From NCBI GenBank assembly GCA_036171775.1, contig JAVHRR010000003.1, positions 1-57,064 of the forward strand: a stretch of DNA of 57,064 bases. Direction: 5' to 3'. The DNA comes from Minisyncoccota bacterium. GTDB taxonomy: Bacteria; Patescibacteriota; Minisyncoccia; Phycocordibacterales; GWA1-40-21. The notes below the pieces were generated by a model. That model did not search any database. It had not been told where the DNA came from and worked only from the letters and a program-made list of their open reading frames with translations. This document shows positions 42,513 through 51,768 of this stretch, piece after piece. Positions within the stretch are counted from its first letter, which is position 1, and every line of letters starts with the position of its first letter. The translations under genes and the position numbers were made by a program.

Positions 42513-44075
42513 TTACTGACTACGCTTAGGTCTATACTGCAACGCCTCAAGAATATGTGAAGAATTTATTGTCTTACTTCCATCAAGATCCGCAATTGTT
42601 CTTCCAAGTTTTATTATTCTGTGATATGCACGAGCTGACAGATCAAGTTTTTTTGCTGAAGTGTTTAATATTTCCATCGCACTTTTTTCTAAACCGGCAA
42701 TCTTATTAATATCTTTCGCTGACATTTCACTATTTGTTTTTATTTTTCTGTTTGCTTTCGTGAATCTTTCTTTTTGTAAGTTTCTTGCTTTAATTACCCT
42801 TTCTTTTATTTCGGCAGTTTCCTTTTTTGCCGAGTTATCCTCGCTCAATTTTTCATAATTAATTTGTGAAACTTCTACCCACATATCTATTCTATCTATG
42901 ATCGGACCAGAAATTTTTCTTTGATATCTTAAAAGATCTGTCGGTTTGCAAATACATTCTTTTGTTTTTGATCCAAAATTTCCGCAAGGACATGGATTCA
43001 TAGCAGCAATTAAAATAAAGTTGGCTGGAAATGTTACGGTCCCTCTTGATCTTGAAATGCTTATTTCACTTTCTTCAAGTGGTTCACGAAGTGTATCGAT
43101 TACTTTTCTATCAAATTCAGGAAACTCATCTAAAAATAATACACCGCGATGAGCAAGGGTTATTTCACCAGGTTTTGGAATTGAACCTCCTCCAACAATA
43201 GAAACATAAGATGCAGTATGGTGAGGTGATCTGACAGGAGATTTGGTAATGATATCTTTTTTTAATACTCCAGCTACAGAATGAATAGAAGTAATTTCAA
43301 GTATCTCATCAAAAGAAAGAGTTGGCAGTATGTGTGCAAAAGCCTTTGCCAGCATTGTTTTACCAGTTCCTGGAGGTCCGTACATAGCGATATTGTGTCC
43401 ACCAGCAGCTGCTATCTCCAAACCCCTTTTTGCAGTTTCCTGGCCTTTTATTTCACTAAAATCTATAAGCAATTCATCATCTTCCACCACTATCTCTGTT
43501 TGGGGTTGCTGGGTGATTTTTACTCCAGGTTTTATTTCAGATTTTTTATTTACTTGTTTTGTATTTAAATGTTCAATTATTTCTTTCAAAGTGTTTGCGC
43601 CATATATTTTTATATCTGAAACAAGGGCTGCTTCCTTCGCATTGTCTTTGGGCAAAAACACTTCAAGATATCCACGGTTTTTTGCTTCAGCAACAATAGG
43701 AAGAACACCATTTACCCTTCGAAGATTACCATCAAGTGAAAGTTCACCAAGAAATAATATTTTTTTGGCATCAAATTTTACTTCTTCACTTGCAAGTAGA
43801 TAAGCAAGAGATATTGCAACATCAAAAATAGGTCCTTCTTTTTTAATATCGGCAGGGGCAAGAGAAACGACAACTTTTTGATTTAAACTTTTAGGAGAAA
43901 CAAAACCGCTATTTTTAATAGAAGCTGATACTCGGTCACGTGATTCTTCAACACCTTTGTCTGGTAGACCAACTATTGTAAAAGAATGCAGGCCTTTTGA
44001 AAGATCAATTTCTACATCTATTATTTTCGCGCCAAGACCTATTGTCTGTGCGCTCGAGGTTTTTGCAAATGACAT
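42513..44075 (-). CDS. comM: YifB/ComM family Mg-chelatase-like ATPase
   Basis: 520 aa with an N-terminal Lon-protease-like domain, Walker A GPPGTGKT, Walker B VLFLDEFPEF and the C-terminal Mg_chelatase_C pattern. Confidence 0.9.
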   Translation of the reverse strand: MSFAKTSSAQTIGLGAKIIDVEIDLSKGLHSFTIVGLPDKGVEESRDRVSASIKNSGFVSPKSLNQKVVVSLAPADIKKEGPIFDVAISLAYLLASEEVKFDAKKILFLGELSLDGNLRRVNGVLPIVAEAKNRGYLEVFLPKDNAKEAALVSDIKIYGANTLKEIIEHLNTKQVNKKSEIKPGVKITQQPQTEIVVEDDELLIDFSEIKGQETAKRGLEIAAAGGHNIAMYGPPGTGKTMLAKAFAHILPTLSFDEILEITSIHSVAGVLKKDIITKSPVRSPHHTASYVSIVGGGSIPKPGEITLAHRGVLFLDEFPEFDRKVIDTLREPLEESEISISRSRGTVTFPANFILIAAMNPCPCGNFGSKTKECICKPTDLLRYQRKISGPIIDRIDMWVEVSQINYEKLSEDNSAKKETAEIKERVIKARNLQKERFTKANRKIKTNSEMSAKDINKIAGLEKSAMEILNTSAKKLDLSARAYHRIIKLGRTIADLDGSKTINSSHILEALQYRPKRSQ

Positions 44076-44078
44076 AAG

Positions 44079-44118
44079 ATACGAATGTTATGCGAATTTT
44101 ACGAATGTTTACGAATAA
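44079..44118 (+). repeat. family B repeat (TACGAAT words), direct copy 1
   Basis: atacgaatgttatgcgaattttacgaatgtttacgaataa. It is a near-identical direct repeat of 44758-44797. Confidence 0.65.
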
Positions 44119-44157
44119 TTCTGAATTCATTATACATTATTTAAATTAATAACATAC

Positions 44158-44191
44158 AAAAAAGAATTTTCGCGGAGCAAAATCCTTTTTT
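44158..44191 (-). terminator. imperfect terminator hairpin after the DksA/TraR-like gene
   Basis: aaagaattttcgc / gcaaaatccttt with flanking A/T runs and one mismatch. Confidence 0.45.
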
Positions 44192-44219
44192 ACTTTATAA
44201 CTTTCAACTTTCTAACTTT

Positions 44220-44579
44220 TTACTTACCCTTGGAGTGCTCCATACAAGTTTTCGCAGAAGGATTTGCTTCAAGTCTGTGTTCGGGAATATCTTCTCCACC
44301 GACATCACACTTTCCGTATGTTCCTTTCTTTATTTTTTCTAATGCAATTTTTATGTCGTTAAATCTGGCCTCAAGTCTTGCAAGTATACCCGCATTGTCT
44401 CCAAAACTTTCCATTTCGCTAGCAACATCATTGCCATCTGATGGATCAGAACTCATATCGGTTTCTACTGGTTCCCAGTCTTTTGGATTTGAAGGATTAA
44501 CACGTCCGATATCACTCATCTCTTTTTCTACTAATTTTAGTTCATTTTCTAACTTGCCTTTAAATTTGTTTGTATTCAT
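44220..44579 (-). CDS. DksA/TraR family C4-type zinc-finger protein
   Basis: 119 aa with a coiled-coil N-part and a C-terminal CDVGGEDIPEHRLEANPSAKTC pattern. Confidence 0.7.
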   Translation of the reverse strand: MNTNKFKGKLENELKLVEKEMSDIGRVNPSNPKDWEPVETDMSSDPSDGNDVASEMESFGDNAGILARLEARFNDIKIALEKIKKGTYGKCDVGGEDIPEHRLEANPSAKTCMEHSKGK

Positions 44580-44582
44580 ATG

Positions 44583-44722
44583 TTTACCCGAGAAAATTTT
44601 TATTGATAAAAATGTTATTGTTTTATATGCTTTATTTTCTAAAATTTAACCAGATTTATTATATAAATACGGTTAAAATATAAACATTTTCAATAACGTC
44701 AATAAAAACTTTAACGGGTTAA
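44583..44722 (-). mobile_element. family E MITE-like unit
   Basis: The reverse complement reads aattaacccgttaaagtttttattgac ... tcaataaaaattttctcgggtaaa. It ends 3 nt before the DksA/TraR-like ATG. Confidence 0.65.
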
Positions 44723-44757
44723 TTGTAACAAACTTCATTGATTAAACAAGCACACGA

Positions 44758-44797
44758 TACGAAAATTGTGCGAATGTTACGAATGGTTACGAATAAT
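44758..44797 (+). repeat. family B repeat, direct copy 2
   Basis: atacgaaaattgtgcgaatgttacgaatggttacgaataa. Confidence 0.65.
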
Positions 44798-44884
44798 ACA
44801 AATACAAAAAATGAGTCGCTACTTTACAGAAACTTATTTTTTTGTATTTTCTAAGAAGCTAATAAGCTACAAGCTAAAAAGCTG

Positions 44885-45967
44885 TTATTGGGTAATGGTC
44901 CTAGATTTACTTATTCTATTCATAATCTCTCTCAAAGTATCAGTACTCGTTGTTATAACTATAGTATTTTGATCTATTATTGAATACAAGAATATAATAT
45001 TTCCAGACTGATCTTTTACTACTCGGCAATCCTTATTGTTAAATGTTGCGTCTTGAAATTTTTTGATTTCTATAGAAAAAGTGTTTCCAGAACTTGAATT
45101 ATCGGTTTGTAGACCGAACAGTTCTTTAAAGTCTTGCCAAAGCGTTGTCTCCCAGGTAAACATTCCTGAAAACGTTGTATCATACGAACCCACTTTTAAA
45201 ACAACAAACCTTTGGTTGCCGTTATAATTGTACAGTCCAAACATGTATGGAGCTTTAAGTGTTCTTTGTATTGATGCGGGTACGCTTGCCCCTATAAGTT
45301 GTAGAAACTTACTTGCAGTAATTAACTTTTCATTGACCCCCTCACCCTCAGTAAGGTATATATTTTTAATTTGTCCAAGTTTTGTAGCTGACTCATCAAC
45401 CCTGTCTTTTAGTGTAGTACTTATTCTGTTTAGGTTTATATCTTTTAAATTTATTTTGTCCTGCAAATCAACAGTTATTATAGGTTCTGAAGAGACGGTT
45501 TCTACCGGAGCTGCTTTTTCTCCGTATTTTAATTGAATCAATAATTGTGGAATAAAAAAGATTAATAAACCACCAAAAACTAACACCAAACTTACTATAA
45601 GAATAATTTTGTTAAGTTTAGATTTTTTTACCTCAATGTCAGCAAATCGAGCCTGCCCCAGCATCTTTCTGTTTTCGGCCATCGCGATATTTATAGAAGA
45701 TAAATGACCTGTTTGGATAGTACCCTCAACATCGCTTTTGTATGTTCTTATTATAGGTCTGGTTTGTTTCTCTGGTTCAGTTTGAGCAGGTATATCGCTA
45801 ATTTTTATTAAAGGCTCTGGTCTAGGAATAGATGAAGTCTCAGAAACATTAGTATCACCACTATTTGGAATTTTAATAGGGTTAATGTAAGAATTAAGTT
45901 GCATTTCTGCAGCACGTTTTGCTTCTAATTCAGCAGTATTTAGTTCAATTTTTCTATCTTCATCCAT
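44885..45967 (-). CDS. hypothetical membrane protein
   Basis: 360 aa with a single central TM (IILIVSLVLVFGGLLIFFIP). No family recognised. Confidence 0.5.
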   Translation of the reverse strand: MDEDRKIELNTAELEAKRAAEMQLNSYINPIKIPNSGDTNVSETSSIPRPEPLIKISDIPAQTEPEKQTRPIIRTYKSDVEGTIQTGHLSSINIAMAENRKMLGQARFADIEVKKSKLNKIILIVSLVLVFGGLLIFFIPQLLIQLKYGEKAAPVETVSSEPIITVDLQDKINLKDINLNRISTTLKDRVDESATKLGQIKNIYLTEGEGVNEKLITASKFLQLIGASVPASIQRTLKAPYMFGLYNYNGNQRFVVLKVGSYDTTFSGMFTWETTLWQDFKELFGLQTDNSSSGNTFSIEIKKFQDATFNNKDCRVVKDQSGNIIFLYSIIDQNTIVITTSTDTLREIMNRISKSRTITQ

Positions 45968-46042
45968 AAAAAGTTTTTTATAGAATTAGTATACTAAAAA
46001 ACACCGATTTTGTCTCGGTGTTTTTTAGTATACAGGTCCAGA

Positions 46043-48196
46043 TTAAATTTTTGCTGGTCCAGCTGGTGGCACTGTCCCTGCTGGTGGAGCTTTTCTTTTA
46101 ATAAAGTCAGGAGAAGTTGCTTTTATAGACAAAGCTATTCTTCCTCTTTCGTCGACTTCTTTCACAACTACTGGAACCTTGTCTCCTATTTTTAAATATT
46201 CACCAACATTATCAATTCTAAATGGAGCTATCTCAGAAACGTGTACAAGTCCGTCTGTGTCTGGAGCAATGTTTACAAAAGCACCAAAAGCCTCAACGCG
46301 AACTACTGTTCCTTGAAATTTTTCTCCAGATTTATATTCGTGAGTCATACTCTCGACTATATCTCGTGCCTTTTCAGCAGCACCATTTTTTCCGGTAAGA
46401 TAAACTGTTCCATCGTCATCAATATCTATCTCGGCACCAGACTTTTCTTTTATTGCTTTTATAGTTTTTCCACCTGAGCCGATTATTCCTCCTATTTGGT
46501 CTGGATTAATTTTGATAACTAATATTTTTGGAGCATGAGCAGAAATATCGCTTCTTGTTTGTGGAATAGCAGCTTTTATAACATCCAATATTTGTAATCT
46601 AGCAGCTTTTGCTTTTTGGAATGCAATTTCAAGTACTGGTATTGGAATACCGCTTACTTTTACATCCATTTGTATTGCAGTGACTCCTTCTGTAGTACCA
46701 GCAACTTTAAAATCCATATCCCCGTAATGATCTTCCGGCCCTTGAATATCTGTAAGAACTTTGTAAGTTCCCTTTCCGTCTGACATAAGTCCAGATGCGA
46801 TTCCAGCTACAGGTCTTTTCATAGGAACTCCTCCATCTAGAAGTGCGAGAGTTGATCCGCAAACAGATCCCATTGAAGTTGATCCGTTTGAAGAAAGTGC
46901 TTCAGAAACAAGTCTTATTGTGTAAGGAAAATCTGCGTTTTTTGGAATCATTGGAAGTAATGCCTTTTCTGCCAAGTTTCCATGACCAATCATTCTTCTG
47001 TTTGTACCGCCCATTCTACCTGTTTCTCCAACAGAATATGGTGGGAAGTTGTAATGGTGCATAAATCTTTTTCCTTCTGATTTTTCTTCCATACCTTCTA
47101 TAACTTGAGCATCACCAGGACCTCCAAGTGTAAGAACTGAAAGAACGTGTGTTCCTCCTCTGTAAAATATTCCAGAACCGTGAAGCATTGGAGAAACTCC
47201 TCCAGCTTGTGCAAACAAAGGTCTTAGTTCGTCTATCCCTCTTCCGTCAGCTCTTTTGTTATTCTTCAAAACCTGGTCGTGTATAAGTTCATCAAGCTTT
47301 TCTTCTACATATTTATCTGCAAATTTATAGTCGTCTTCTGAGAGAGTTTCTTTTGCAACTTTCATCCACTCTTCTGTGATTTCGTCTATTTTTGAATGTC
47401 CAGGAATTCCGCTCATCACCGTTGAAGCAAATTTACTTACAATTTTATCTGCAAAAAGTTTTTTTACTGTTTCTGGCATAACTGGAGCAACTAAAACTTT
47501 TTTTGCTACGCCGATTTTTGCAATAACTTCTTTCTGCCAAGCATTAATTTTTTCTATTTCTGCAGACGCAAGTTTTAAGGCCTCAACAATTGTTGGTTCC
47601 TGAGCTTCTTCTCCACCAAGTTCAATCATGTTTATGTTTCCATCTTTTCCGCAAGCTAGAAGGTCGAGTTCATATATTTCATTTTCTCTTTCAACATAAG
47701 TTGGGTTTACTTGGAAACCGTCTGTCTTGTGTTTTGTTATTCTAATTGAGCTCACTGGACCGTTGAAAGGAATATCTGATACTCCAAGAGCAAGTGAAGC
47801 TGCAATAACTCCCAATACATCTGGATCGTCCTGGTCTAGTGAAAGAACGGTAATAACAACTTGAATATCATTTCTTATCCATTGTTGAAAAAGAGGACGG
47901 ATAGTTCTGTCTGTAATTCTTCCACAAAGTATTGCTTCATCAGAAGGTCTGCCTTCTCTTCTTGTGTATCTTGAACCCAAAATTTGTCCTGTAGCATAAA
48001 ACTTTTCCTCATAATCAATTGTCAAAGGGAAAAAGCCCGCGCCTTCCTTCTGTTTTTTGGACATAACAGCTGTTACGAGAATAGCTGTTGCGCCGTATCT
48101 TAATATTACCGAACCATTGGCATTTTCTACCAAATCATTGAACTCTGCGCTAAGTGTTTTACCACCAAGCTCCATTGAGAACGATTGTGTTTTCAT
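46043..48196 (-). CDS. pnp: polyribonucleotide nucleotidyltransferase (PNPase)
   Basis: Two RNase PH domains, a KH domain (GSGGKTIKAI) and an S1 domain (GTVVRVEAFGAFV). The ATG at 48196 (MKTQSFSMELGGK) is preferred over the track start at 48280. Confidence 0.95.
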   Translation of the reverse strand: MKTQSFSMELGGKTLSAEFNDLVENANGSVILRYGATAILVTAVMSKKQKEGAGFFPLTIDYEEKFYATGQILGSRYTRREGRPSDEAILCGRITDRTIRPLFQQWIRNDIQVVITVLSLDQDDPDVLGVIAASLALGVSDIPFNGPVSSIRITKHKTDGFQVNPTYVERENEIYELDLLACGKDGNINMIELGGEEAQEPTIVEALKLASAEIEKINAWQKEVIAKIGVAKKVLVAPVMPETVKKLFADKIVSKFASTVMSGIPGHSKIDEITEEWMKVAKETLSEDDYKFADKYVEEKLDELIHDQVLKNNKRADGRGIDELRPLFAQAGGVSPMLHGSGIFYRGGTHVLSVLTLGGPGDAQVIEGMEEKSEGKRFMHHYNFPPYSVGETGRMGGTNRRMIGHGNLAEKALLPMIPKNADFPYTIRLVSEALSSNGSTSMGSVCGSTLALLDGGVPMKRPVAGIASGLMSDGKGTYKVLTDIQGPEDHYGDMDFKVAGTTEGVTAIQMDVKVSGIPIPVLEIAFQKAKAARLQILDVIKAAIPQTRSDISAHAPKILVIKINPDQIGGIIGSGGKTIKAIKEKSGAEIDIDDDGTVYLTGKNGAAEKARDIVESMTHEYKSGEKFQGTVVRVEAFGAFVNIAPDTDGLVHVSEIAPFRIDNVGEYLKIGDKVPVVVKEVDERGRIALSIKATSPDFIKRKAPPAGTVPPAGPAKI

Positions 48197-48342
48197 TTTC
48201 TTTAGCTTATCAGTAAATTTCAGATTATCCCGACTTTTTGGAGGGACAAACTGCTTATTTACTGACAAACAAATTAGCAACTAATAAAAACCTTTTTAAG
48301 GTTGGTTTTATATTAGCATAAATATTAATTTTTAAAATACAT

Positions 48343-48383
48343 AACACAAAAGGCGGTTTCCGAAGAAAACCGCCTTTTGTGTT
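48343..48383 (-). terminator. terminator after the NYN-domain gene
   Basis: Hairpin aacacaaaaggcggtttc / gaaaaccgccttttgtgtt. Confidence 0.65.
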
Positions 48384-48420
48384 AAATATATTTTTGACTT
48401 TATGGATTTTAGGCTTTCAA

Positions 48421-48942
48421 CTAGCGTCTCTTTCCTCCCCCAACCATATATTTATAAGGGTTTGTGTCTAAATCCATAAAATCATCTACAACCTCTGTGA
48501 GTTTTTGTGAAGTTGATTTGCCGAAAGAAACCAATTCTACCTGACAACCTTGGGTTATTTTCAAATATTCAACAAGTGGTATAAAGTCACCATCCCCTGT
48601 TACTAAAATAACCGCATCAAGCTTTGATGAAAGCGAAATTGCGTCTATTGCCATTGCTACATCCCAATCCCCTTTCTTTGAACCTCCAGCAAAAATCTGA
48701 AGATTTTTTGTTTTTATTGTGATTCCAACTTTACCTAATGCTTCAAAAAAACTTTTTTCATCACCAGATTCTGTCGTGATAACGTACGCTGTTGCTCTTA
48801 TTAAAACTCTTCCATCCAATGCATCTTTTACTACTTGTCCAAAATTTACCTTAGCACTATATAAATTCTTTGCAGAATGATAAATATTTTGTGTATCTAT
48901 AAAAATTCCTACCCTTTGTCCTTTGTGTTTAATTACGCTCAT
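48421..48942 (-). CDS. NYN/LabA-like domain protein
   Basis: 173 aa with VGIFIDTQNIYHS and ILVTGDGDFIPLV motifs typical of NYN (LabA-like) nucleases. Confidence 0.7.
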   Translation of the reverse strand: MSVIKHKGQRVGIFIDTQNIYHSAKNLYSAKVNFGQVVKDALDGRVLIRATAYVITTESGDEKSFFEALGKVGITIKTKNLQIFAGGSKKGDWDVAMAIDAISLSSKLDAVILVTGDGDFIPLVEYLKITQGCQVELVSFGKSTSQKLTEVVDDFMDLDTNPYKYMVGGGKRR

Positions 48943-49036
48943 ATATATAAATTAAATTCTTTTATTAAAATACTTGCCCGAAGAAAATTTTTAATAAAAT
49001 TTTGACGGGTCGACTTCCCTAATTGTATCACGAATT

Positions 49037-49156
49037 CGTCTTTGCGAGCGAAGTGTTGAAAAGCGAATACGTGTAGCTTTTCAAAGACGGAGGCTGGCAA
49101 GCCGAGTCGGGATCGCATAAATTTTCAGTAGAAAATTATATGTGATGCAACCCAGG
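49037..49156 (+). repeat. composite repeat: a family G unit (GTCTTTGCGAG ... GCAAYCCAGG) interrupted by a family F core
   Basis: cgtctttgcgagcgaag, an insert of about 90 nt containing gagtcgggatcgcataaattttcagtagaaaattatatgtga, then gcaacccagg. The uninterrupted G unit is seen at 55142-55172. Confidence 0.5.
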
Positions 49157-49235
49157 TTGAACGAATTTTTTGGAAGAAAGACTTCCAAAAGGCGAAAAGG
49201 AAGACTAACTTCCAAAGAATTCGCGAACAGTGAAT

Positions 49236-49270
49236 AAACAAAAAATCGCCCGAAAGCGATTTTTTGTTTA
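49236..49270 (-). terminator. terminator after rpsO
   Basis: Hairpin aaacaaaaaatcgc / gcgattttttgttt. Confidence 0.7.
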
Positions 49271-49275
49271 AGTGA

Positions 49276-49539
49276 CTATTTTAATCCTACTGTTTTCATT
49301 ATTGAATCGTATCTTTTTTGAGATGTTTTTTGCAAATATTTCAAATGCTTTCTTCTATCAGCAACCATTCCTAGAAGACCTCTTCTTGAGTGATTATCTT
49401 TAGCATTTTTCTTCAAGTGTTTTGTTAATTCTTCAATTCTCTTAGAAAGCATAGCAACTTGAACCTCTGGAGATCCAGTATCTGTGGCGTGTATTGCTAC
49501 TTCTTTTATAACTTTTAATTTTTTGGTCTTTGTTAACAT
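49276..49539 (-). CDS. rpsO: 30S ribosomal protein S15
   Basis: MLTKTKKLKVIKE...GSPEVQVAMLSKRIEELTKHLKKNAKDNHSRRGLLGMV. The ATG at 49539 is preferred because the track start (49581) lies in a repeat. Confidence 0.9.
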   Translation of the reverse strand: MLTKTKKLKVIKEVAIHATDTGSPEVQVAMLSKRIEELTKHLKKNAKDNHSRRGLLGMVADRRKHLKYLQKTSQKRYDSIMKTVGLK

Positions 49540-49579
49540 GTTCCATAAGATATCACATTTATCTCCAAAATGCAATAAC

Positions 49580-49677
49580 ATACGAATAATACCCGAATAT
49601 TACGAATGGGCTACAAATAAGAAACTGGAATTACATTAATTCGTAGTTCATTCGTAATATTCGCATAACATTCGTAT
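49580..49677. repeat. family B palindrome (TACGAAT words)
   Basis: The left arm is atacgaataatacccgaatattacgaatgg and the right arm is ttcgtagttcattcgtaatattcgcataacattcgtat. Confidence 0.65.
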
Positions 49678-49685
49678 CTTATACG

Positions 49686-51548
49686 TTAGTAGACGATTTT
49701 CTTGCTTGGAAGAGTGAACTCTACAGCCGTTGTCGTGGCTTTAGTTGAGATATTCATTATATAGACGTTCTTTATGCCACCTGTTTCTATAATAAGACCA
49801 GTGCCAGGTAGTGGCAATCTTGGGCAGATTTCATAATCAGGCTCAGTGCAACCCATTTGAAATGGTGGAACGGTAAATTGTATAGAAGCGCCTGTTTTAG
49901 AAACAATTAAGTTATCTGCAACCTTAAATCCGCCAAATAAGACGATCGAATCTGTTGAAAAGCCTGAGCCGGATATTGTAACGATATCTCCGCGATTCCC
50001 TGTTGTTGGTTTTATAGAAGTTATGGCAAGTTTTGGCGGTGTGTAGTTAACGATAACAGAAACACCTGGAATCGTTACTTTTTCGTAAGGAAGTGTAAAA
50101 GCAGAATCATTACTATAACCGTTTGTGTTTGATACTTGTATGTTTTTCTGTCCGCCAGTTTCTACTACTGTATCAACTGTTGGAGGTAAACAACTTACAG
50201 ACAAACAAGCTTTATATTGAGGTATTCTGAATGATATTGTTGAACTGCTTTGAGATATTATAAGACCGCTATCTATTTTTGTGCCATCAAAAAATATTGA
50301 GTTAGAAGAAAGAAAACCAGAACCTTTTATGTTAACGATATCTCCCCTTTTTCCTGACGATGGGCTAACAGAAATTATTGCAGGCGCTTGCGTGTATGCC
50401 TTCTGAGCTGCAATTATTTTTGTCGGGTCTATAACCTCAACAAATATTTTTTTACTTCCTGGAATACCATATTTGTTATAACAAACTACCGAATATGTCG
50501 TTGAAGTCTTTATTGGTCCGGTAGACTTTGCACCTGAAGAATCTATTGTGCTACCCAACGTTACTCCCAAAGAGTCTCGTGAAGCTATATTACATTTACC
50601 CGTTATATTAGTCGCCTTCCATTCCAAAGTGGTCGCTTCCCCTATTGATACTTGGGCAGGGTTTGCCATTAGAGTGATAATTGGAGCCGCAGAATCACTT
50701 TTGTTGGCGATAGAAAGAGTTGTAGGAGCAACAGATACTGTTTTCATGTAATCTAAAACCCCCGTTGTAGACACAACAGCAGAGCTAACACTTGTTGTGG
50801 CACTTGTCGTTTGTATATTATTTAAAATATTATTTAAAATATAATTAAGCTTTGTTCTTGTCATTGGGCCAACCTGTCCATATCCAGCAGAGACAAAAGT
50901 CGCGATTTTATATTTTTCTTGAAACTTTTTTACTGCAGATAATGTATCTAAGTCAAAAACATTACTTAAATCAGCAGATGTCGAAACGACTTTTGTATCT
51001 TCATCAGAATTTAAAACTATTTTTAGTAATGAAACATCATCACCATAAGATCCAAACTTTAAGTTGGTTGAAAAAGTGTTTCTAACCTGAGTGTCTGTAG
51101 AAACAGAAGTCTTAGCAGAAACAGGAAGAACAAAATCACTCAATTTTATTTTAAATTTTATTACAAGCTGGTTAAGTTTTTTTCTTGTTGCTGGTCCTAC
51201 AGTACCTGTTCCAGCGGTTAAATTGTTTGGTGTAAGAATTTCTGCAGCATATTTTTCTTGTAGTCTATTTACATCGTTTACCGTATCTGTAGTAAAAGTT
51301 GGTGAAGTGTCTGGAACTTCAACAAATTCATAACTAATTATTTTTTTAAGAGCCATAACATCTTTCCCATAAGAGCCAGCAGTTAGATACCTTGTAAAAA
51401 TAAGTGGAGATACAGTTGCTGGGATGGTAGTTACTGCCGATGTCGTTGCTTTTACAGTCGTTGGACTTAAAATTATTTCAGCTGAAATAGCGGCCTGCGA
51501 TAGAGTTAGCAGTAAAAATATTATAAAAAAAGATATAATTTTATTCAT
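49686..51548 (-). CDS. secreted protein with peptidoglycan-binding-like repeats and IPT/TIG-like domains
   Basis: 620 aa with a signal peptide, two PG_binding_1-like segments (GSYGKDVMALKKII...LQEKY and GSYGDDVSLLKIVL...VKKFQEKY) and two segments with the pattern SxxPxxGxRGDIVxIxGSGF. Confidence 0.55.
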   Translation of the reverse strand: MNKIISFFIIFLLLTLSQAAISAEIILSPTTVKATTSAVTTIPATVSPLIFTRYLTAGSYGKDVMALKKIISYEFVEVPDTSPTFTTDTVNDVNRLQEKYAAEILTPNNLTAGTGTVGPATRKKLNQLVIKFKIKLSDFVLPVSAKTSVSTDTQVRNTFSTNLKFGSYGDDVSLLKIVLNSDEDTKVVSTSADLSNVFDLDTLSAVKKFQEKYKIATFVSAGYGQVGPMTRTKLNYILNNILNNIQTTSATTSVSSAVVSTTGVLDYMKTVSVAPTTLSIANKSDSAAPIITLMANPAQVSIGEATTLEWKATNITGKCNIASRDSLGVTLGSTIDSSGAKSTGPIKTSTTYSVVCYNKYGIPGSKKIFVEVIDPTKIIAAQKAYTQAPAIISVSPSSGKRGDIVNIKGSGFLSSNSIFFDGTKIDSGLIISQSSSTISFRIPQYKACLSVSCLPPTVDTVVETGGQKNIQVSNTNGYSNDSAFTLPYEKVTIPGVSVIVNYTPPKLAITSIKPTTGNRGDIVTISGSGFSTDSIVLFGGFKVADNLIVSKTGASIQFTVPPFQMGCTEPDYEICPRLPLPGTGLIIETGGIKNVYIMNISTKATTTAVEFTLPSKKIVY

Positions 51549-51676
51549 TAAAATGGGCAGATTAGAGTCTAATAAAAGTAATAAATCAAATATGATTTAA
51601 CTGCACACAATTATAATGCGTCAAGGATACGTTTGCAATGATATGGTTTTTTATAAACATGTAAAATATTTGGCGA

Positions 51677-51719
51677 CCCCAGTAGTAAAACCTCAAATGA
51701 ATCTCGGTTTACTACGGGG
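51677..51719. repeat. GTAG-core hairpin flanked by 13-nt direct repeats
   Basis: ccccagtagtaaaacc / ggtttactacgggg. AAATATTTGGCGA occurs on both sides, at 51664-51676 and 51737-51749. Confidence 0.6.
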
Positions 51720-51768
51720 CAGGCATGGTATATAGAAATATTTGGCGACATGTTAGAATATATAGCGT

